NCBI GenBank assembly: GCA_965203905.1
Contig: CBDBDQ010000005.1
Span: 5,152,001 to 5,216,000 of the forward strand
Source: Spirochaetia bacterium
GTDB lineage: Bacteria; Spirochaetota; Spirochaetia; SZUA-6; Bin103
Direction of reading: 5' to 3'
Length of the DNA: 64,000 bases
In this document: positions 1 through 11,187 of the stretch, piece after piece
Position numbering within the stretch: the stretch's first letter is position 1
Layout: each line of letters starts with the position of its first letter
The notes under the pieces: model-generated
Told to the model about the DNA's origin: nothing
What the model saw: the letters and a program-made list of their open reading frames with translations, nothing else
The model's database searches: none
Made by a program: the position numbers and the translations under genes

Positions 1-104
1 TTACTGGAAGCGGAATGAGCGCGAGACCGTGCCCATGGTGCCTCCCACGGAGTACAAGCCATAGCGCGCCCCCGGCGCCGACGACCGACGAACAGCCGAT
101 TCGG

Positions 105-1484
105 TCAGGCGCGCCGCCGGGCCTGGTCGCGCAGTGCCTGCGCGCTGACCTGTTCCGGGTCCGCGATGTTCAGCAGTTCCTGGTGCAGCGCCGCCCGCAC
201 CGAGGCGCAGCGCGGGTCGGCGGCCAGGTCGTGAAACTCGCCCCGGTCCCGGCTCAGATCGAAGAGCTGCGGCTCGTGGCCCACGTAGTAGTTGTACTTC
301 CAGGGGCCGCGCTTGATCATGAACCCGCCTTCGAGCATGCCCTGGGCGTGGTACTCGCTGAACACCACCCGCTCGGCGTCGCCGGCGTCGGTGCGCGGGT
401 GCGCGAGGCTGGTGCCGGGCAGGCCGTCCGGAGTCTCGATGCCGGCGAGATCCAGCAGGGTCGGCATCACGTCGACCAGCGATACGTTGGCGTAGCTGCG
501 CTGCCCGGCGGCGCCGTGCGGCGTTCTGAGGATCATCGGCACGCGCACCGAGGCCTCGTAGAAGCACTGCTTCTGCCAGATGCCGTGCTGGCCGGCCATC
601 TCGCCGTGGTCGCTGACGTAGAGCACCACGGTGTTCTCGCGCAACGGGCTGCTGTCGATCACCGCCAGCATGTTGCCGACCAGGTCATCCACCAGCGTGA
701 CCAGGCCGTAGTAGCTGGCCAGCGCCCGGCGCTGCACGGGTTCCGGCACGATTTCTTCGTTGCGGAAGAAATAACGGAGCTGGCGGATGGCCGGGTGCTG
801 GCTCTCCAGGGTTTCGCCGCGCAGGTCGGCCGGTGTCACGGCCGCGGGGTCGTAGCGCCGGTAGTAATCCGGCGGACAGGTCAGCGGGAAGTGCGGGTAC
901 ATCAGGCCGCTGTACAGCAGCCACGGCCGCTCCGAGGGGTGCGCCGCCTTGCCCTCCAGGAAGCGCACGCTCAGGTCGGCCGCCGTGGTGTCGTAGTCGT
1001 ACCACGCGCCGCGACCGGGGCCGCACTCGGTGACGTGTGAGTTGCTGCCGCGCCGCGCCTCAGGGGTGCGCCGCGGGGCCTGCCGCGAGCGCCACGAGTG
1101 CAGGTCGTCGTACAGCCGGGTGCCGAAGCCGTGCAGCCGCTCGGCGCCGGGCATGTGCGTGCGGCCGCACAGCACGGTCTCGTAGCCGGCCGCGGTGAAG
1201 TAGTGTCCGAACGTCGGAATCTCGGCGCGCAGCGGCGAGCCGAGGTCCCACACCCCGATCCGGTGGCAGTAGTTCCCGGTGAAGAACGCCATTCGCGACG
1301 GCACGCAGATCGGGCTGTTGCAGTAGGCGCTGTCGAACCGCGTCCCCGCGCCGGCGAGCCGGTCCAGGTTGGGGGTCCGCACCAGCGGATGCCCGGAGCA
1401 GCCCATCACCGCCGGGTCGTGCTCGTCCGACATGATGACGAGGATGTTGGGCCGGCGTGCGCCGCTGCCGCCGCGACCGCTCAC
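105..1484 (-). CDS. Sulfatase (choline-sulfatase-like, Cys-type)
   Basis: RPNILVIMSDEH N-terminus, CVPSR (CxPxR) signature, SDHGEMAGQHG. Start moved to GTG 1484, which follows a GGAGGA RBS. Confidence 0.9.
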   Translation of the reverse strand: MSGRGGSGARRPNILVIMSDEHDPAVMGCSGHPLVRTPNLDRLAGAGTRFDSAYCNSPICVPSRMAFFTGNYCHRIGVWDLGSPLRAEIPTFGHYFTAAGYETVLCGRTHMPGAERLHGFGTRLYDDLHSWRSRQAPRRTPEARRGSNSHVTECGPGRGAWYDYDTTAADLSVRFLEGKAAHPSERPWLLYSGLMYPHFPLTCPPDYYRRYDPAAVTPADLRGETLESQHPAIRQLRYFFRNEEIVPEPVQRRALASYYGLVTLVDDLVGNMLAVIDSSPLRENTVVLYVSDHGEMAGQHGIWQKQCFYEASVRVPMILRTPHGAAGQRSYANVSLVDVMPTLLDLAGIETPDGLPGTSLAHPRTDAGDAERVVFSEYHAQGMLEGGFMIKRGPWKYNYYVGHEPQLFDLSRDRGEFHDLAADPRCASVRAALHQELLNIADPEQVSAQALRDQARRRA

Positions 1485-1597
1485 GAGCAGTCCTCCAGGT
1501 AGAAGGTGCGGAACGAAAAGCGCGGATAGCGGTCGTACCTGATGCTGACGCGGTCGCGGTCGGTCAGCGGACTGTTGGCGGCGGGCTGCTCGGACAT
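1481..1597 (-). CDS. Possible 38-aa small ORF coupled to the sulfatase (MSEQPAANSPLTDRDRVSIRYDRYPRFSFRTFYLEDCS)
   Basis: ATG at 1597; its TGA overlaps the sulfatase GTG (GTGA). Confidence 0.3.
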   Translation of the reverse strand: MSEQPAANSPLTDRDRVSIRYDRYPRFSFRTFYLEDCS

Positions 1598-1717
1598 GCC
1601 CCGGCAGTCTGCCGCCGCCGTGGCCGCGTTGTCCAGGCGACAGCGCAGGCCGTCGGCGGACGGTCGACGGCAACGGAGCTTGACCGCGGACCCGGCACCG
1701 GACAGAGTCCTTTGGAC

Positions 1718-2527
1718 ATGGAGTTCGTCGAGTTGACCGAACGCCAGCGCCGGTCGTTCGATGACAACGGCTTCCTGGTGGTGCCGGAGGCGCTGAGCGC
1801 TCAAGAGGTGGCGCAGCTCACGCCGGTCTGCGATCGGTTGATCGAGGACTTCGAGCGACCGCCGGACCAGTGCTACGTGCAGCGCCGTCCGGGCATCGTC
1901 GAGGAGCCGGCGTTCCACCCGTTGCTGGCGCATTCGGCTACGCTGCCGCTGGTGGTGCAGTTGCTGTCGCCCAATATCCACCTGCATACCACGGCTATTA
2001 TTTACAAGTTCCCGCAGGACGCGGCCGCCGGCGGGGAGCGCGGATGGCACCGGGACATCGGCATGACCGAGGACCTCGGGCATGGCGGCACCGTCCGCGC
2101 CGGCATCAAGGTAGGCTACTGCCTGACCGATTTCCCGGAGCCGCGTTCCGGCTTCACGCTGTTCGCGCCCGGCTCGCACCGGCTGCGCACGCCGCTGCCC
2201 ATTCCGAAGGGGGCGGTCGATCCCGACGGCGCGGTGGACCTGTGCCTGCGGGCCGGCGACGCGTTCCTGTTCGAGAACCGCGTGTTCCATACCGCTGCGC
2301 CCAACCTCAGCACTCGCACCTCGAAGGTGATCATCCTGGGCTACAGCTACCGGTGGATGGGTGGATGCCACGACGAGATGAGGCTGGTCCGGCCCGCCTC
2401 CCGGGTTCTCGACCAGGTGGACGGCATTCGCCGCCAGTTGCTCGGCGGTACGGGCGACGAACTGCTGGAGTGGGCCCGCCGGAACGGCGTCGCCCCGCCC
2501 CCCGTCGCGTGGACCATGGAGGTGTGA
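1718..2527 (+). CDS. PhyH-family Fe(II)/2-oxoglutarate dioxygenase
   Basis: FDDNGFLVVPEAL N-terminus, WHRD (HxD), PGSH, distal His in VFHTA. Start moved to ATG 1718. Confidence 0.88.
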   Translation: MEFVELTERQRRSFDDNGFLVVPEALSAQEVAQLTPVCDRLIEDFERPPDQCYVQRRPGIVEEPAFHPLLAHSATLPLVVQLLSPNIHLHTTAIIYKFPQDAAAGGERGWHRDIGMTEDLGHGGTVRAGIKVGYCLTDFPEPRSGFTLFAPGSHRLRTPLPIPKGAVDPDGAVDLCLRAGDAFLFENRVFHTAAPNLSTRTSKVIILGYSYRWMGGCHDEMRLVRPASRVLDQVDGIRRQLLGGTGDELLEWARRNGVAPPPVAWTMEV

Positions 2528-2582
2528 CGGTGGCGCCGCGGCGCTGCGCACGCGCGGCGATGCCTCCTTAGAAACCAAGCAT

Positions 2583-3977
2583 TCAGGCAGCCTCCGGAAC
2601 GAGTTTGAAGCCGAGAGCGCGGGCCTGATTTCGAAGTCGCCGTTCATGGCGTTTACGGTCCTGGCGCTGTTGCTGGAGCAGAACGTTGTCATCGTAGAGG
2701 ACGTGGCGGGTCACCAGGTGGTAGATGATGCGCGCCAGCTTGTGGGCGGTGTCGGTAATCGCCTGCGGGGAGCCGACGCGGGCCCGCTTGCGGCGGAAGA
2801 AGTCACCGAGCGCGGAGTGGCTGCGGTACAGGGTCTGGGTTGCCATGCGCAGCGCCTGTGCCGCACGGTTGGCGCCGGGCCCCGTCTGAGAGCTGATCAC
2901 CTTGCCGCCGGTGATCTTGTTCTGCGGACAGAGGTTCAACCAGGATGCGAACTGCGCGGCGCTCGGAAAGCGTGACAGATCGGGGCCGAGTTCGCTGAAC
3001 AGCACCAGCGCGGTAGTGTCGCCGATACCGGGAATGAGGGTCAGGTCGGTGCCGAACAACCGCGTCAGGTGGGCTTTCATGTTGCACGCTTGCGGAGGCG
3101 ACGCAGGCGGTTCCGGGCCCGGTTCAGGGGATTCCGGCGGTTGCTGGTCGGTAGCGGTCGCGGCGGGCGGCTCCTGGGTCTGCTCGAACGCGCGGATGCG
3201 GGCCATGATCTCCTGGTCACACTCACTGATGAGCTGCTGGTAGTGCGCATAGGTCTGGCGTGCGTGGCGCAAGGTGAACAGATGTTCGCTGCGCCAATCA
3301 CCCTCCAGAGCCTTGATCAGGGTGGCACGGCTGGCCTTGATCCGCGGGTGCGCCAGCTTCGCCAAGCGCGTCGGGTCGCGCTCTCCGTCCAGGATGGCGT
3401 CGGTGATGGCCAGGCCGCTGAGCCCGGTCAGATCGGAGATCGCGTGGTGCAGATGGACGTTCATCTGATCGAACGCCTTCTGCATGTGCAGTACGCTGCG
3501 GGAGGCGGTCTTGATCACGCTGTCGCGATGGCGCAACAAGGAGCGCACCGCACATACCTCGTCAGCCGGTCGGAACGAGCCGCGCAGAAACCCTACCGAG
3601 TGCAGGCAACGCAGCCATTCGCAGTCCTCGACGTCGCTCTTGCGACCGGGCACCGAGCGCACGTGGCGAGCGTTGACCAGCACCACCTCGAAGCCGCGTG
3701 CTTCCAGGATCTGGTGCACCGGGATCCAGTACACGCCGGTCGACTCCATGGCCACCGTGGTTACCTGGCAGGTACTCAGCCAATCGGCCAAGGCATGCAG
3801 ATCGCGGGTAAAGGTCGGGAACGATTGGATCGGCTGCTCGGCGCGCTCAGCGCGTACCGCCGCGTAGATCATGGTGGCGCCCACATCCAGGCCTGCCGCC
3901 TCGGGGTGCACCACCTGCGGCTGCGCCGAGCGATTGCCCTTGCCGCTGCGTTTGCTTCTGCGTTTGCGTCGTGCCAT
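2583..3977 (-). CDS. IS110-family transposase/recombinase (DEDD RuvC-like + Tnp domain)
   Basis: AAGLDVG, VAMESTGVYW, RKSDVEDCEWL, IPGIG, FASWLNLCP motifs; GGAGGAG RBS before ATG 3977. Confidence 0.95.
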   Translation of the reverse strand: MARRKRRSKRSGKGNRSAQPQVVHPEAAGLDVGATMIYAAVRAERAEQPIQSFPTFTRDLHALADWLSTCQVTTVAMESTGVYWIPVHQILEARGFEVVLVNARHVRSVPGRKSDVEDCEWLRCLHSVGFLRGSFRPADEVCAVRSLLRHRDSVIKTASRSVLHMQKAFDQMNVHLHHAISDLTGLSGLAITDAILDGERDPTRLAKLAHPRIKASRATLIKALEGDWRSEHLFTLRHARQTYAHYQQLISECDQEIMARIRAFEQTQEPPAATATDQQPPESPEPGPEPPASPPQACNMKAHLTRLFGTDLTLIPGIGDTTALVLFSELGPDLSRFPSAAQFASWLNLCPQNKITGGKVISSQTGPGANRAAQALRMATQTLYRSHSALGDFFRRKRARVGSPQAITDTAHKLARIIYHLVTRHVLYDDNVLLQQQRQDRKRHERRLRNQARALGFKLVPEAA

Positions 3978-4185
3978 GACTCCTCCTGGGAATGAGTGGA
4001 GCGGCCAAGGCGTGAAGCAACTGCGCATTCTCCTTATCGGGATGGATCACCACCGCAACCGGTCGCGGGCTGAGCCTCACCAATGACAACGCCACGGGCC
4101 TCGGGACCAAGCTTGACAACGGGTTCGCCGCAGGGCGCTACACCAGTGCATCGCCGGCCTACTTCGCGCTCCCTCGAAGACTAAC
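3978..4185 (-). ncRNA. Putative IS110 bridge RNA (5' non-coding end)
   Basis: About 230-bp non-coding leader upstream of the transposase; TATACT -10-like hexamer at 4190-4195; internal segments match the insertion junction (see findings). Boundaries approximate. Confidence 0.6.
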
Positions 4186-4305
4186 CCCCAGTATAGGCTT
4201 GCAGCCCTGTTTCTCCCATGCCAACTCCGGTCCGTCCCGGCCCGGGGGGTGAGCTTGACATGGGTCCGGCGAAGGCAGACTCTGCGGTAGCCGCAAGGCA
4301 CGCTC

Positions 4306-5487
4306 ATGTCCAGCACCTACACCCCCCTCGACGAGGTCCGCCGCAGCATGCGGGTGCGGTGGTATCGCAGTCCGATCGATCCCGCGACGCTGCGCCGCCT
4401 GATGCAGCGCGACGACCGGCGCGGCGCGTTCCAGGCGGTGGGGCACCTGGCGCTGGCAGCGGCCACCGGCGTGCTGACGTACTACCTGTTCACTCGGCGC
4501 CTCTGGGTGGCGTTCGCGCTCGCGCTGCTGTTCCACGGCGCGGTGACCAGCTTCTTCATCTTCGCCTGCCACGAGCTGGTGCACGGTACGGTGTTCAAGA
4601 CCAGGCGGCTCAACCGCCTGTTCCTGCACGTCTATTCCTTCCTGGGCTGGTTCAACGTGCACGACTACGCGCTCAGCCACACCTACCACCACCGTTACAC
4701 GCTGCATCCGGACGGCGACGGCGAGGTGGTGCTGCCGAAGACGCCCTCCCTGCGCCTGCTCTACCTGCTCCAGCTCTGCACCATCAACATCACCGGCGGG
4801 TTCGAGTCCAGCGGCCTGGTACCGACCCTGCGCTACATCGGCGGCACCGCGTTCGGATTCTTCCCGCGCCGGCTGCGGGACGGTGAGCCGGAAACCGGCG
4901 GCAGGATGGGCGACGAGTGGGTACGGGCGCTGTATGCCACCCACCCCGAGGAGCGCGCCAAGTCGGTGCGCTGGGCGCGACGGACGCTGGCCGGCCACGC
5001 GCTGCTGACCATCGTCGCCTTGGCGGCTGGGCTGTGGCTGCTGCCGGTGCTGGTGAGCTTCCCGATCGTGTTCTGCAACGTGTGGCGCTACTTCATCGGC
5101 GTACCGATGCACTGCGGGTTGCGCGACAACGTGCCGGATTTCCGCAAGTGCGTCCGGTCGATCCGGTTGGATCCGCTGTCCACCTTCGTGTACTGGCGCA
5201 TGAACTGGCACATGGAACACCACATGTACGCCGGCGTGCCGTGCTACAACCTGCGCCGCCTGAGGAGTGCGATCGCCGCCGACCTGCCGCAGGCGCGCAC
5301 GCTGTTCGGCGCGTGGCGGGAGATGCGCGCCATCTGGAAGCGTCAGCAGACCGAGCCGGACTACCAGTACGACACGCCGGTGCCGACGCCGGGCCGGGTG
5401 GCCGGCCGCGACGCTCGGGACGACGACAAGCTGGGCGCCTCGATCGGCGACCTGGCGCCTGGAATACTGGCCCGCGCGGGCACCTGA
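4306..5487 (+). CDS. Fatty-acid desaturase family membrane di-iron protein
   Basis: His boxes HELVH, HTYHH, HMEHH; hydrophobic segments. Confidence 0.88.
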   Translation: MSSTYTPLDEVRRSMRVRWYRSPIDPATLRRLMQRDDRRGAFQAVGHLALAAATGVLTYYLFTRRLWVAFALALLFHGAVTSFFIFACHELVHGTVFKTRRLNRLFLHVYSFLGWFNVHDYALSHTYHHRYTLHPDGDGEVVLPKTPSLRLLYLLQLCTINITGGFESSGLVPTLRYIGGTAFGFFPRRLRDGEPETGGRMGDEWVRALYATHPEERAKSVRWARRTLAGHALLTIVALAAGLWLLPVLVSFPIVFCNVWRYFIGVPMHCGLRDNVPDFRKCVRSIRLDPLSTFVYWRMNWHMEHHMYAGVPCYNLRRLRSAIAADLPQARTLFGAWREMRAIWKRQQTEPDYQYDTPVPTPGRVAGRDARDDDKLGASIGDLAPGILARAGT

Positions 5488-5766
5488 GCCGGGCCGAACT
5501 CCGGATCGGAGGGCAGATCGGACGGTCGGGCTGGACAATGCCGTCGCCCGTGCGTATTTTCGAGCGCACTTAACTGCCGACGGCACTGCATTTTGCTGCG
5601 CAGCGTCACCGTCATTGCTGAATGGGCCGCCGTATACGCGGCGGCCATGCTCGTTGGGCCGCCGGAATAAGGGCGGCCATGCCCGCCGGGTCGCCGCACA
5701 CGTGGCGGCCGGCCCGCTGCGCTGCCGACCTGGCGGCTTCCGCCTGCTTCACATCAAGGATCTTTC

Positions 5767-7029
<1,263 letters not shown>

Positions 7030-7052
7030 AACGCGAACCGGGAGGTCTACGC

Positions 7053-7844
7053 TCAGATCCAGACAGCCGGGGCGCGGTTTTCGGCGCGATGCTCGTAGAG
7101 TAGCTTCACCTCGTCCGGGAACGCATCGAACACCTCGCCCGGGATGGTTGCGGTGTTGACCCCGTACAGTTCCAGATTCAACCACCACGGCGCATACCGG
7201 ACCACCACTGCCGTACGCCGTCCGTCGCTGGGGTTGGCCGCGTTGGAATGCCAGATTCGGCTGTCCATGATGAGCACGCTGCCGGCACTTCCGGTCGCCT
7301 GCAGCTCGCCTCGAATCGGGCTCCGTTGGTCGATGTTGTCGTGCTCGCCGCGGGGATTGCGGGTGTCCAGATGGGTTCGGGGAACGACCCAGGTCGCGCC
7401 GTTCCCGGTAGTGAATTCCGACAGCATCCACAGCGTGGTGATGCCGATCACGGCCTCGGGGAAGGGTTGCGGGATGTGCCATTTCTGGTTCAGGTCATAG
7501 GGGAAGTCGGAGTGGTAGCCGCGCATCAACTCATAGTGAGGGGGGCGCGTCTTGTACTCCGTCTGCGAGATTCTGACCTGGGGCCCCAACACGGCCTTGA
7601 TCACCTGCAGGAGCCGTTCGTTCGCCAGATGCTGCGCAAAGTCGGGCATGAACGCGATGACGTTTCTGCTCCACTTGTCGCGCTGCCGGATGAATTCGCG
7701 GTAATCAGCCTCGGAGGTCTCCACCTGGTCACGGATTGCCGCTACATCCGCCGGCGGAATGACACCTTCCAACACGCACCAGCCCTCGCTTTGCACCTGA
7801 GCGATGTAGGGTGTGACTGCATCCGTCAGACTTTCAGGGGCCAT
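7053..7844 (-). CDS. PhyH-family dioxygenase
   Basis: EGWCVLEGVI, YHSD (HxD), NGATWVVPRTH, IWHSN. Start moved to ATG 7844. Confidence 0.87.
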   Translation of the reverse strand: MAPESLTDAVTPYIAQVQSEGWCVLEGVIPPADVAAIRDQVETSEADYREFIRQRDKWSRNVIAFMPDFAQHLANERLLQVIKAVLGPQVRISQTEYKTRPPHYELMRGYHSDFPYDLNQKWHIPQPFPEAVIGITTLWMLSEFTTGNGATWVVPRTHLDTRNPRGEHDNIDQRSPIRGELQATGSAGSVLIMDSRIWHSNAANPSDGRRTAVVVRYAPWWLNLELYGVNTATIPGEVFDAFPDEVKLLYEHRAENRAPAVWI

Positions 7845-7991
7845 TCGCCAGCTCCTTTGGGATCGGCCAGGGACTGTCGCGCGACTCGATTCCGCGACAG
7901 GTGTAGCGCGTGCCAGCGCTCCCGTCAACAACGGCCCCCGCCGCACGCTGCCGGGATCACGTCGGAGCCGATCTGGTAGAATCACCCGGTT

Positions 7992-8948
7992 ATGGGTTTC
8001 AAGTACACCTTGCAGTGCGACACGTTGCCGTGGGTGGGATACAACGTGCTCGAAGAGCCCGAGGTGGTGCTCCAGGCGGCCGCGGAGGCGGGCTACGACG
8101 GCGTCGACCTGCCCGGCGACCCGGCGCGCGTGGATGCCGGCGTGTGGCGCAGGAGGGTAGAGCAGGCGGGCCTCGCGGTTCCGGAGGTGCTCGCTGCCTG
8201 GGGCTACTACCACGCCGGCGAGGAGCGCAACCTGGCCAGCTCCGACCGCGCCACGCGGGCGCGCGCGGTGCAGTACGCCAAGGACACGGTCGACCTGGCG
8301 GCGGATCTGGGGGCCAGCTTCACGGAGCTGTGCGCAGCGCAGCCGGCCGTGCCCCAGTTGCCGTTTCCCATCGAGCCGGTCGCGGCGCTGCGCGCCAACT
8401 TTCGGCAGTCGATCCGCGAGATCTGCGCCCACGCCGCGCCCCGCGGCATCACCATCCTGCTGGAGCCGCTCAACACCTACGAAGGCATCCCCGGGGTGCT
8501 GACCACGCTGTACGAGGCGGTCAACTACGTGGACGAGCTGGGACTCGACAATCTTGGCGTGCAGCCGGACGTGTACCACATGAACATCGAGGAGGGCTCG
8601 ATTCCCGACGCCCTGCGCTACGCCGGCTCGCGCATCAGGCACTTCCACCTCAACGAGACCAACCACTGCCAGCACGGCACCGGCCATGCCGACTACCGGG
8701 AGATCTTCCGCATCCTCAAGGGGATCGGCTACGACGGCTACCTGTGCACCTATATGCCCAAGACCACGCAGGCGATCCTGCAGAGCACGCCGGGCAATCC
8801 GTTCCTGCCGGAGGGGGTTGCCACCGGAGGCGGCGCGCGGCCGGACCTGGCCGAGGTGCTGGGGGGCCTGCTCGGGTTCCTGCGCGAGGTGGAGCGCACC
8901 GTGGACCAGTCGCGGGAATTCTACGAGGCCGGCGGCTGGCGGAGTTGA
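7992..8948 (+). CDS. Sugar phosphate isomerase/epimerase (xylose-isomerase-like TIM barrel)
   Basis: LLEPLNTYE, DVYHMNIEE, HFHLNE, G-T-G motifs. Confidence 0.88.
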   Translation: MGFKYTLQCDTLPWVGYNVLEEPEVVLQAAAEAGYDGVDLPGDPARVDAGVWRRRVEQAGLAVPEVLAAWGYYHAGEERNLASSDRATRARAVQYAKDTVDLAADLGASFTELCAAQPAVPQLPFPIEPVAALRANFRQSIREICAHAAPRGITILLEPLNTYEGIPGVLTTLYEAVNYVDELGLDNLGVQPDVYHMNIEEGSIPDALRYAGSRIRHFHLNETNHCQHGTGHADYREIFRILKGIGYDGYLCTYMPKTTQAILQSTPGNPFLPEGVATGGGARPDLAEVLGGLLGFLREVERTVDQSREFYEAGGWRS

Positions 8949-8955
8949 ACCCCTC

Positions 8956-9900
8956 ATGATCGATTCCACCGCGCTGCTGGCCGATGCCACGGGGTTGCGC
9001 GAGCGCCTGCGCCGTGACGGCTACCTGTTCCTGCCGCGCCTGGTTGCCGCGGAACGGGCGCTGGCGGTCAAGCGCGACATCGTGGCCCTGCTGCGGGAGC
9101 ATTACATCATCGAGGATGACGGCGCCTCGGAGCCGCTGTGGAGCGGGGGACCGCAGCCCACGGAGACGGAGTACCTGGCGTTCTACGAGCGCATCGTGGA
9201 GCTGGACTCGTTTCAGGAGCTGGCCCGGTCTCCGGAGGTGATCGCGGTCGCGGAAACCGTCGCCGGAGGACCGGTGCAGGTGTGGGAGCAGCGATTGGTG
9301 CGCATCGTGTACCCCGACCGGAAGGCCACGGCGGCGCAAGGAGTGGGCGCCCACCAGGACGGCGACCCCACGTTGGGATACCGGGCCAGACACTTCTATA
9401 CCGCGTGGATTTCGCTGATGGAGATCGATGCGGCGCTGGGCGGGCTCGCGGTCGCCCCCGGGTCGCACCGCCTCGGCCTGCTGCGGAGCGCCGGTGCCGC
9501 ACCGAGCTCCGGCGCCGGCAGGACGGCAGCCGGCTACGGTCTGGATCCCGCCACGCTGTCGTGGGTGAGCAGCGAATTCGTTCCCGGCAGCACCGTCATC
9601 TTTCACTGCCGCACCGCGCATCGCGGACTGCCGAATCACTCCGACCGCATTCGCCTGTCGTGCGACTACCGCTATCAGCCGGCCGGCGACAACTCGACCT
9701 GGTTGGCGCATACCCCCGGTCCGGAAGTGCGGCGCACCGCGCAGCAGATCGACGAGGTGCTCTCCAGCCGGGCGCTCTACGTTACCACCCGGGCGACGAC
9801 CGAGCTGATCGGTGAGATCCGCCGGCACATGCTGGAGGAGCGCAGCACCACGCTGCAACGGGCCCGCGAACTGGCGCGGGAGCTGGGCGGGGCGCGATGA
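8956..9900 (+). CDS. PhyH-family dioxygenase
   Basis: RDGYLFLPRL, AHQD, GGLAVAPGSH, TAHRG, RLSCDYRYQP. Start moved to ATG 8956. Confidence 0.87.
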   Translation: MIDSTALLADATGLRERLRRDGYLFLPRLVAAERALAVKRDIVALLREHYIIEDDGASEPLWSGGPQPTETEYLAFYERIVELDSFQELARSPEVIAVAETVAGGPVQVWEQRLVRIVYPDRKATAAQGVGAHQDGDPTLGYRARHFYTAWISLMEIDAALGGLAVAPGSHRLGLLRSAGAAPSSGAGRTAAGYGLDPATLSWVSSEFVPGSTVIFHCRTAHRGLPNHSDRIRLSCDYRYQPAGDNSTWLAHTPGPEVRRTAQQIDEVLSSRALYVTTRATTELIGEIRRHMLEERSTTLQRARELARELGGAR

Positions 9901-10730
9901 GTCTCGAGGCACGCCTTGCGGAGCTGGCGGAGCGTGGCTACACCGTCGTGCCCGGCGCGCTGTCGCAGGTGGAAGTGGCGGCGACGCGGCGTGCCGCCCG
10001 CGAGTTGCTGGACGCCGAGGAGGAGGTGGCGCGCGGCACCGGAACCCAGACCGACAATCTGCGCAACAGCCACGCCATCGTCGGCAAGCACCCGCACTTC
10101 TACGAGTTCTATCTCAACCCGCCGGTGATGTGCATCGTGCGCGCGGTGCTCGGGGATGACGCGCTGCTGTACGACGGCAACCTCCGCGTTCCCATGCCCA
10201 CCGGGCAGCGCGACGCGGCCAAGGGTTTTCAGGTGCACGTCGACCGCGAGGACTACACGGTGCTGCCGTTCGTCGGTGGTGCACACTTTCCCATGGCGCT
10301 GAACGTGGTCTGGTGCCTGGTGGATTTCGACAGCCGGAACGGCGCCACCCTGGTGTGGCCCGGGTCCCACCTGTCGTGCCAGGTGCCCGCTGCCGACCTG
10401 GCACCGGACGCCGCGGTTCGGGTCGAGGCGCGTGCCGGGTCGGCGATCGTCTGGGACGCCGCGCTGTGGCACCAGGGCGGCATCAACCGCGGCACCGAAC
10501 CGCGCTGGACGGTGATCGGCTACTACCTGCGCCCCTGGCTGCGCGGCAAGACCGACAGCATCCGCATGCTGCCGCCGGCCGCGGTGCGACGCATGTCGGC
10601 CGCCGCCCGGAGGCTGGTCGGCATCCTGCCCGCCGTGTCCGACTACTCCGAGGTCAAGGCCCTGACCGCCGAACAGATCGCCGCACTGACCCTGGAACAG
10701 CGCAAGGTCCTGGGATTCCCCGTCTACTGA
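9897..10730 (+). CDS. PhyH-family dioxygenase
   Basis: RGYTVVPGAL, VHVD, NGATLVWPGSH, LWHQGG; ATGA overlap with the upstream gene. Confidence 0.88.
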   Translation: MSLEARLAELAERGYTVVPGALSQVEVAATRRAARELLDAEEEVARGTGTQTDNLRNSHAIVGKHPHFYEFYLNPPVMCIVRAVLGDDALLYDGNLRVPMPTGQRDAAKGFQVHVDREDYTVLPFVGGAHFPMALNVVWCLVDFDSRNGATLVWPGSHLSCQVPAADLAPDAAVRVEARAGSAIVWDAALWHQGGINRGTEPRWTVIGYYLRPWLRGKTDSIRMLPPAAVRRMSAAARRLVGILPAVSDYSEVKALTAEQIAALTLEQRKVLGFPVY

Positions 10731-11187
10731 CGCCTGCGCGTACTATGCCCGCGTTCTACGCCTTCGATGCAAGATGTGGGCAAGGGATGTTCCGGAAGGT
10801 AGTGGCCGAGCCGCGGTTCCGACCCCGGTGCCTGCCAGATCGCGGCCTTCAGGGAGCGTGCGTTCGTTCACTATACGATGTGTCCAGGAATGAGCGGGTG
10901 GCAGCCCACCCGCAACGCCGGTCCCACCGATGCCGTGCTGTCACGTCGGCGCCGCGGTGCAGGATTCTGCGAAAACGTGCAAAAAAAAGTTCGCTGAGCA
11001 CTTGACGGGTTTGGCGCTGCTCGTGACGGCCCCCAGCCGCACGTGCCGGCCCCTACGACCCTTCGAACATCCCGCCACGCCCTCCAGGCCCGTCAGCACC
11101 CCGCCAGCGCCGGCCTGCACCCTTCCAGGTGCCCGTCCCGGGACTTGCCGTAACCGGCCATTTCTCAACCATGATTATATTTACGCC

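Larger units (their letters stand above)
2564..4217 (-). mobile_element. IS110-family insertion sequence
   Basis: Contains an IS110 transposase. Sub-terminal imperfect inverted repeats AGAAACcaaGC (2570-2580) and GCcctGTTTCT (4204-4214). ATGCC on both flanks (2560-2564, 4218-4222). Exact ends uncertain by a few bp. Confidence 0.8.

Noticed and set aside
10981-10988. A8 tract upstream of the HNH gene
   Set aside because: Intergenic once the start is placed at 11188; no frame effect can be shown.
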